Assembly: GCF_009834535.1 (NCBI RefSeq)
Contig: NC_045704.1
Location: 16,678,001 to 16,742,000, forward strand
From: Camelus ferus
Lineage: Eukaryota
Length of the DNA stretch: 64,000 bases
Direction: 5' to 3'
Positions 43,560 through 64,000 of this stretch are shown here, piece after piece; within the stretch, counting starts at the first letter, position 1; each line of letters starts with the position of its first letter. Under the pieces are notes generated by a model. The model searched no databases and had not been told where the DNA came from. It saw only the letters and a program-made list of their open reading frames with translations. Made by a program: the position numbers and the translations under genes.

Positions 43560-43870
43560 GGGAGGATGGGCGCTGCGGGAAGGCGGGGCCTAAGAGTACA
43601 GTGGGCGGGGTTATGCAAACCCGACCAGAAGCAGTACATTTGGAACTTAGTCCCAGGGTTTGGGCCTTCGAGTGGAGTAGGCGGGGCCTCTACAACTTTA
43701 ACTCGGGGCCTTCAAGAGCGCGGAGTGGGCGGGGCCTATGTCCAGAGACTGGCGGACCGGCCGCGGAACCTAAGACAGGGATTGGTGGAGCTATACAAAC
43801 AGGACTCAAAGTCGGTTGCTCAGCAACTCTGCCCCAGGGGAGGAGCCTACGCGCTCAGTGGGCGGGATTA
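43560..43870. repeat. Degenerate GC-box (GGCGGGGCCT) repeat array in ZNF575 intron
   Basis: GGCGGGG(CC/TT) at about 43582, 43604, 43680, 43728, 43860 plus variants at 43704 and 43838. Confidence 0.6.
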
Positions 43871-43881
43871 GGTAGCTTTAC

Positions 43882-43963
43882 CCGGCGCTTGGCTTAGTCT
43901 CAGTCCATTGACGCCGTGTGAACTCCCTCCTTCTTGTCGCCAAGTTTCATCCCCGGTATGGAG
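43882..43963 (-). other. ZNF575: Candidate ZNF575 5'UTR exon containing a 16-codon uORF (43950..43900)
   Basis: Polypyrimidine acceptor ccggctccag|, donor CGG|gtaaag; ATG AAA CTT...GAC TGA. Confidence 0.55.
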
Positions 43964-44229
43964 CTGGAGCCGGGGAGGGTAGAGGGGAGACCTGGAAGAA
44001 GACACAGAATGAGCGTGGCTAGTGTGCTGCGATCCAGAGACCCCTAATGGATTTCCCCCTCGGGGTCCTAAGCGTCCGGGCCTCAACGAACCCCTTGGGA
44101 GCATGACATTCGGGTACTAATGCACCCTCCCAAAGCTCAGGCACCCGATGCAGCCCCTCCGGGACCTATGCATCAGGACCCAATAGATCCCTTTCCGGGA
44201 GTTCTGATGTCCAGCCCGCAATCCATTTC

Positions 44230-45000
44230 TCGAAAACCCAGGTGTCCGGGCCCAGATCCCTGCCTCCCCCTCACCTGCGGACGGCCCCTCCCCGGGGGCG
44301 GGGCTCTGGGCCCCTCCCGCGGCAGCCGCGGCCGCTGCGGCGCTGCCTTCGGACGCCGCGGAGCTGCACCGCCTGGCCTGCGACGGGAGGGCAAGGGAGG
44401 GAGCGCGCGCGAGCCGCTGGGCCCAGCCTCATTTCCATCCCCTCCTCCCACGCCAGGTCGGTGGGGGTGTCAGTACGCATGCGCAGTCCCGGCCCGCGGA
44501 GGCTGGTGCGAGGGAGACGGAATGGAAGGAGGGGGTAGGTGCGTAAGGCAAGGCAAGCTGGTGAGCAAGCGCAGAGCTAACGGTCGAAGGACCGGAGGAA
44601 AGTGTACCGCGGCTTGTGGGGCCTACGGTGGCTGACGGGAGTCAACCACGTGTAGAAGCTAACATGGGGGAACCTAACTCAGAAACCACTGAGACAGCGC
44701 GCAGCGTATGCAGTTTTCCTTTTTCTATGTCCCCTTTCTTTTAGAGAATTCCGTATCCCTAATCAGCTTCAAGAGCCCGCTGCCTATTATACCACTCAAG
44801 GCGTTGGCTAAAAAAAAAGTCTAGCCATTTCTTCGAGAGAGGGCGGAGCGGGACTCTGGGCTCTGAACGAGCTGACGCCCAAAGACAGTCACGTTATTTG
44901 CACAGCGCTCGGCACTCTTCGCCATTGGGCGATTCAGGATTCTTAGCCCTCCACCCCCACCCCAATGCTACGGCCCGGCGGCGGGGAGGGAGGCGGTCCC
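44230..45000. promoter_or_regulatory. ZNF575 CpG-island promoter
   Basis: NRF1 site TACGCATGCGCA 44474-44485, E-box CACGTG 44647-44652, GC box 44841, CCAAT (ATTGG) 44924. Confidence 0.7.
44275..44430 (-). other. ZNF575: Candidate ZNF575 first (non-coding) exon
   Basis: Strong donor GCAG|gtgagg at 44275/44274 inside the CpG island; 5' end is uncertain. Confidence 0.5.
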
Positions 45001-45224
45001 CAGGTGCCCAAGACCTGGTGCCTGGCTAGAGCTCCTGGTACCAGGCCGAGAGAGGCATGCGTGTCACCCTTCCCCTGGGAAGTGACGGTGCACCTTCCCG
45101 CCCAGCACAGGAATAACCGTGAAGTGCCTGCAAACCACCCCTCGTGGGTGGGTCTTCAGCCTGATAATTCACAAAGTCCGGCAAGCCCTGGGAGCCGTGG
45201 GAGTTGTACGGAAAGATTATTTGG

Positions 45225-45420
45225 GCTCTGGAGCCAGATTGCATGAGTAACTGCTTTGAAATCTTGGCTCTGCCACTTTCCAGCTGTGTGACCTTGGGCA
45301 AGTCTTTCTAGGCCTGGGCTTCCTCATTTATAAAATGGAGGGTTGTTAAGATTAAATTCAGTAACCAATGAAAAGTGTTCAGAACAGTGCTTACAGTGCT
45401 CAGTAAATGTTATCAATATT
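45225..45420 (+). mobile_element. MIR SINE
   Basis: CTCTGCCACTTTCCAGCTGTGTGACCTTGGGCAAGT...CCTCATTTATAAAATGG...CAGTAAATGTTA. Confidence 0.82.
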
Positions 45421-45559
45421 ACTTTTTGTTTTTATTGTGCATTGAACTAAGCTATGGCAGGGTCACGGTTGTCCCAGGACACAAGTGCACAGACCCCAAG
45501 ATGGGAAGGATTATGCTGTGTTCAAGGCATCTCTCCTATCTGTCACGTCATGCTCCAAA

Positions 45560-46080
45560 CTCACTGATCTTCCTTCCATTTCTTGTACATGCCATGGTCA
45601 AGCCTACCTCATGGCCTTTACACTAGCTGTGCCTTCTGTCCCCACAAGTTCCTTCTTCATCACTTTGCCTGCCTAACTCCCTGCCTCAGATCTTGGCCCA
45701 AACATTAACACTACAGAAGGCCTCCCCTGCCCCACCCTCAGCTCATAGAGTCCCTCCTTTCCTCCATCCTTCTGTTGTCTCATCCCCCTTGTGTGTGCTT
45801 AACCCTGTATACCTGTCTTCACAGAATGCATGCTCTGTTAAGATGGACAACTTCTCTCTCTTGTTCATCTCCCTGTGCCCAGCATCCACAACAAGGCTGA
45901 GCACATAGTAGGTGTCCAAGAAATCTATGTCAAGTGATTACTTGAAAGAATTAGTAATCAAGCCCTCTCTGATGGGAAGACAGAATGATGGGGAAAATGT
46001 GAACTTGAGGTCACGGAGTTGGAAGTAGGCCTAAACTGGATGTGAAACCCAGAGAGAGTTTTAAACATGGGAAGTGATAT
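45560..46080. mobile_element. L2 fragments (both orientations)
   Basis: CAGAAGGCCTCCCCTG, GCACATAGTAGGTGTCCAAGAAAT; GCCTAAACTGGATGTGAAAC. Confidence 0.6.
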
Positions 46081-46879
46081 GAACTTGTTGAGGTTTGCAT
46101 ATCGTCTTTTTTTTTTTTTTTTTTTTTTACCATTTTTTAAGGTCATGGAAATTTTCAAACATACATAAAAGGAGAGGGAGGGGATGAAAATAACCCCCAT
46201 ATAGCCATCACCTAGGTTCAACATGGCTAGTCTTCCTTCATCATCCCCCAACACCCTTCCTTGAGCCTCTTAAATTATTTTGAAGTAAATTCCAGACATT
46301 TCATCCAGAAACACTTCAGCCTGTGTCTCTAAAAAATAAGGACTCACTTTTTCTTTTTTACACATAACCACAGTATCTTTATCACACCCTTCAAAATTTA
46401 GACTTGTTTCTTTATGTTACCACATTTCCCCCATGGTCCCATCTGAATCTTTCTTTTCCTTTCCAAGTACCATGTTTTATTTTATTTCAAACCTATAGAA
46501 AAAGTCAAGAGAGTAATAGAATTGTTCTCTGCATCAGTAATAGAACTGGCCAACCTCAACTGTTATCCACTCATGACCAAGGTTGTTTCATTTCCCCCAC
46601 CCACTCCTCTCAGGTGATTTTGAAGCTATATGCATATGCCATACATTGTATCCCGTAAAAATCTTTTTGTTACACTTAATTCGTTTGAATCAGGATTTAA
46701 GCAAGATCCACACTTGAATTTGTTTGCTGTGACTCTTCTGCCTCTTTTTCATTGACATTTTAAAAGGTTCACTTGCTGTTGCATGGAAAATGGAATGTAG
46801 GGAGGCAGAGTGGAACACAGAAGCCAGTGAGGTGGCTGTTACATGTTAATTATAATATTAATTACCAGCATTTCTGCAG

Positions 46880-47070
46880 CACTTATTGTATATCAGAAAC
46901 TGTCCTGAGTGCTTTGTATATGTTCATTCATTTAATCCTGACAACAGTTTTTCAAGTGGAGGTGCTACTCTTCGTCGCACAGAAGATAAAAATGAGGCGT
47001 GTAAAGACTTATCCAAGGTTACACAATCAGGAAGTAGCAGGGCCAGGATTTGAACCTCTGCAAACTAACC
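46880..47070 (-). mobile_element. MIR SINE
   Basis: TCATTTAATCCT.ACAACA, AAGGTTACACA, GCCAGGATTTGAACC. Confidence 0.75.
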
Positions 47071-47330
47071 CTGGGATTTGTGTAATTTGCATTCATACTT
47101 GGCTACCTCTTTGACTAGGGCAGAGGGTGTGATGATGGAAAAGCAGCCTGATTGGAGAGGTTAACTTAACAGGGCTTAATGATGAATTGGGAGGAAGTAG
47201 CAAGAGAAGGAAGGAATAAAGGATGGTGATGAAACAATGATAGCCACCTCCCTGAGAGCAGAATACCCAAGAACTTGTTCTGTGCTGGGTGCTTCCCAAA
47301 CTCTTTGCATGTGTGGTCTCATTGGATATT

Positions 47331-48005
47331 TTTAAAAATTGAAACATAGTCACTGTACAATGTTATATATTACACGTGTACAATCTAGTGATTCACTATT
47401 TTTAAAGGTTATACTCCATTAAAAGTAATAAAATATTGGCTATATTCCCCATGTTGTACAATATATCCTCATAGCTTATTTTATACCTAATAGTTTGTAT
47501 CTCTTAATCCCCTACCCCTGTATTGCTTCCATCTTCTGTCTCCCCACTGGTAATCACCAGTTTGTTCTCTGTAACTGTGAGTCTGTTTCTTTTTTGTTAT
47601 ATTCACTAGTTTGTTTTATTTTTAATTTTTTTGGTTTTTTGGGGGGGCAATTAGGTTTTTATTTATGTATTCATTTTTTAATGGATATTGAAACCAGGAC
47701 CTTGTGCATGCTAAGCACACACTCTACCAATGAGCTATTCCCNNNNNNNNNNNNNNNNNNNNNNNNNNNNNNNNNNNNNNNNNNNNNNNNNNNNNNNNNN
47801 NNNNNNNNNNNNNNNNNNNNNNNNNNNNNNNNNNNNNNNNNNNNNNNNNNNNNNNNNNNNNNNNNNNNNNNNNNNNNNNNNNATGCCTGAGTAGTCATCC
47901 ATTGTATATATGTACCATATCTTTATCCTTTCATCTGTTGATGGATGTTATCTTGGCAATTGTAAACAATGCTGCAATGAACATTGGGGTGCATGTATCT
48001 TTTCT
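47331..48005 (-). mobile_element. Camelid-type L1 3' fragment interrupted by a Vic-1-like SINE (about 47620-47742) and a gap
   Basis: TGAAACATAGTCACTGTACAATGTT... and GTAAACAATGCTGCAATGAACATTGGGGTGCATGTATCTT; SINE reverse A/B box before the N run. Confidence 0.8.
47743..47882. other. Assembly gap (N x140)
   Basis: Run of N. Confidence 1.
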
Positions 48006-48894
48006 TGGATCTTCACAGTGAGAGAGGAGCTATTTTCAACTGCAAGTTACAGATGAGAAAACAGAAGCCCAGAAGTGGTTAAGTTTTGAGCCCGAGGTCA
48101 CACAGCTGGGAAGGGTGATGCCAGTTTCTAACTCTTAGAACATCACATAGCTGACCCTACAAAACCCCCACCGGGTGTGTACACCTTCAAGGGACAAGTA
48201 ATGGTCTAGCAATCCTGCAAAAATTATTTAGGAATGGGCCCTAGGTGTGAGGAGGTCTTATTTGGGGACTCTCACAGTAAAGAGTACCTGGGGGTCCCTG
48301 TTTTCTTGATTTCTCCCTTCCCTGAGTTCCTGGCAATCTCTGTACCTCTCCTTGTTTTAACACTGATGTCTGTACCCCTTTCCCCCACCAACCAAACTGA
48401 GGACTCACCTTGAGTCCCCAGCTTTGCCCAGCTTGGGCCAGACATGCAGGAGACCTCAATGTGAGGAATAAATGAACAAAGGTCTCTCCTTGAGTCTGAG
48501 CTGTTCTTTATACCTGTTTCTCCTCGATCTGGGTGTTTCCCAGTGCTGAAAGATTTTCTTCTTCTTCCTGCACATTTCTCCCTGCTCCCCACATCTCTCC
48601 CCATCTCCACAGTCTTCTAGAATCTCCAAATGTACCTTTGTGACCATATTTCTTTGACGAACATCCCATGTCAACTCTGTATTTCTCCATGCATCTCTGA
48701 AAGTCTCTCCAGATCTCTTTTTGGTATCACGGAGTCTCTGAACATCTTCCTTGTCTCCGAGTGGCTGGCTGAATCTCTCCCTTGATAAAGCCGACCAGGG
48801 ACAAAGTAGGGTTTTATGGACTTGCTGTAGCTAAGGAGAGCGGACCACAGAAGAAGCACTGGCTGTCTCTCTAAACACAGGGGGAGAGACAGTT

Positions 48895-49021
48895 ACAGTT
48901 GTCCCTCTCCCTTGTTATCCATGGGAGATTAGTTCTAGGACCCCCTTGGATACCAAAATCGGCAAATGTGCAAGTCCCTTATATAAAATGGTGTGGTAGA
49001 GTCGGCCTTCTGTATCTGTGA
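48895..49021 (+). mobile_element. TcMar-Tigger MER2-like fragment
   Basis: CAGTTGTCCCTC..TTATCCATGGGAGATTAGTTCTAGGACCCCC..GGATACCAAAATC..CAAGTCCCTTATATAAAATGG. Confidence 0.75.
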
Positions 49022-49777
49022 TGAAGTGACTTAGACCCTCCAGACAAGAGTGGGATGCCATATTCTAACTACTGATATGATTCCAAAGAGCAAACTTTCA
49101 GACACTTGATGACTAGACAATTTCTCATCTCTGGGTCCTTGGTGTAAATGAACAAAAGCTGTTTTTAGAGGCTCACATTCCAACAGACGCCAAATGATCC
49201 CCAACCTGATTTGGCAAGGTATCATGGACAATTATTTTTTGAAAATGATTTCTTCCTGAGAAGAGACAAACATCCCTGGTAAAATACTTAAGCGATTTTA
49301 AAATAAACTTTAACAGAATAATCTGTTGTTCTGGGACCAGACACCCACCCAACAGTCCCCAAAGACACTAAAGACACTGAACCAAACATCTTTTTCTTTC
49401 TAACAATGAGGGTTCGACCACCTGCTTTTCCAATAAAATGGCCCCGGGGCGATGAGTATATTAGGGTCTCTTGTTGAGTTTCTCTCTCTCTAGGGAGAGA
49501 AGTCTGTGCTTCTCCCGGTGTGCCTCCGTCGCCCTTTGAGTGGCTTTCTGCTCTTTCTTTCTCCAGGTCTCACTGTTTCCTAGGTCTCTGAAGTCTCACC
49601 ATCACCCCCAGCCCTTCTCCGCCGGCCCCGCTCTTGGCCCCAGGCACCCTCTGCCCCTTTAAGGCGGGCCCCGCCCCTTGCCCCGCCCCTTGCCCCGCCC
49701 CTCCGGGGGTCAGCCCTGGTGCACAGGCTTCCGCAGGCTTTCCGCCTCGGCTCAGTCCCTATCCGGCCGCTGGCGCG

Positions 49778-62785
<13,008 letters not shown>

Positions 62786-62902
62786 CCTCGACTCTCAGGT
62801 TCTTATATCCGTTAAGAATGTACTAGGTGGGGTGAAGGGAGAGGTACCATCACTGGAGCCTCTCTCTTCTTCCCCTCCCTCACCAGCCTCTCTAACTTCT
62901 TA

Positions 62903-62908
62903 AATAAA
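62903..62908 (+). terminator. ETHE1: ETHE1 poly(A) signal
   Basis: AATAAA 117 nt after the stop, followed by U-rich sequence. Confidence 0.8.
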
Positions 62909-63149
62909 AATCTTTTTTTTTTCCTCTGAGTCTGACTTCTGTTTTCTGGGGGAACCAACTGGGTTTCTAGTCTGAGGTGCCTGTGGTTAGTTCTGGTCCT
63001 TGGAGAGACCAGGGAGCAGGGCAGGGTAGAAACACTGGGAGCCTGGAAGGAGAAGGTTTTCTAACTCACAAGATCAGAAGCAAACAGATATTTGGGGCAG
63101 GGTTTCTCAGCTCCTTGAATTAGAACACTGTCTTAAGTTTAAACCACTT

Positions 63150-63270
63150 CCCCGTGTGGGACCCAGGAGAAGGCATTTCACTTCTCTGAGCCTCAGTTTC
63201 CTCATCGGTAAAATGGAAATAATAGTACTAATAACAGGGTGTTGTGATGATCCTGAGTCCATATGTATGA
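63150..63270 (+). mobile_element. MIR SINE fragment
   Basis: CTTCTCTGAGCCTCAGTTTCCTCATCGGTAAAATGGAAATAATAGTAC. Confidence 0.85.
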
Positions 63271-63699
63271 AGTGGCTGGCACACTGCCTGCATGGCAGAC
63301 CTATCAGTGTTAACTATTAGCATTACTCTCATCTGAAATGATCTCCCAGGCACTTCCTAGCTTGAGTGACAGTACACCTAATGGTTAAGAACATGGACTT
63401 TCCAGAGGACAAATATGGTGTTAATATCATGTGTAGACTTTGTGTGCACTTGTCCTGCTCAGCCTAAATTTCCTAATCCTAAAATGGAGATAATAGTCCC
63501 TTTCTCTATAGGCTGCTGTGAGGATGAAATAAATTTATGTGTGTGAAGTCTTTATATACATAGCACCTGACATCCAATAATCCTTTCTCACATTCCAGTT
63601 ATTTTCCTGTTTTTGCCCAGAGAGGAAAGGGTCTGGCTGACACCTTTAACCTCTGCCCTCCACCCATAGTAAAGTGGGGGAGGTCACACTTCCCCTGTC

Positions 63700-64000
63700 T
63701 CTGGGCAGGTCTCCTACTCAGCCCAGGGCACCCCCTCCCCTTGTCCAGCTCCCCAAACCGGTCGGGGCCCTTCAAAAGGGCTCATTAGAGGGGAGAGGCC
63801 CCTGTCTCCATTCCCTTCTTCCCTTCTGGATTCCCAGGGTCTGGGCATTAGGGAGGTGCTTATACATAGGTGACCAAGGCGCCTGGCCCTCCAGGGGGCA
63901 GGAATGGGGGCGCTGGAGGCGGAGTGAGGGGGTCGTCATGCTGGGTTTTCTGAGGGTGGGGCCGGTGGGGCCGGGAAGGCCAGATGTGGCGACTGCGGGC
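63700..64000 (+). promoter_or_regulatory. GC-rich edge, probably approaching the next gene's promoter (PHLDB3 by synteny); contains CTCF-like CCTCCAGGGGGCAG at 63888-63901
   Basis: Rising CpG/GC content at the window end; the gene identity is inferred from human gene order only. Confidence 0.4.

Overview
This is mammalian genomic DNA, most likely from a camelid (alpaca/camel): it carries Vic-1-like tRNA-derived SINEs and matching lineage L1 3' ends. It is a draft assembly with three N-gaps, all inside L1 copies. The gene order matches the reverse complement of human 19q13.31: ZNF576(-, partial), IRGQ(+), PINLYP(-), XRCC1(+), ZNF575(-), ETHE1(+). The GC-rich right edge probably approaches the PHLDB3 promoter. 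I traced five complete ORFs exon by exon with GT-AG boundaries: IRGQ 621 aa, PINLYP 209 aa, XRCC1 631 aa, ZNF575 246 aa, ETHE1 254 aa. The rest is CpG islands, old repeats (MIR, L2, L1M, MLT1, hAT, Tigger) and younger camelid insertions. I found no convincing new gene system. The best second-look items are: (1) an apparently disabled ZNF576 coding exon (ATG>ACG plus a 1-nt insertion); (2) MSR1-like 37-bp units placed just downstream of splice donors; (3) a long-spacer REST/RE1 site; (4) a micro-uORF in the XRCC1 5'UTR; (5) divergently oriented CTCF motifs; (6) a possible + strand exon inside PINLYP. All comparisons with human sequences and repeat family names come from memory and were not computed. 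Repeat boundaries are approximate.
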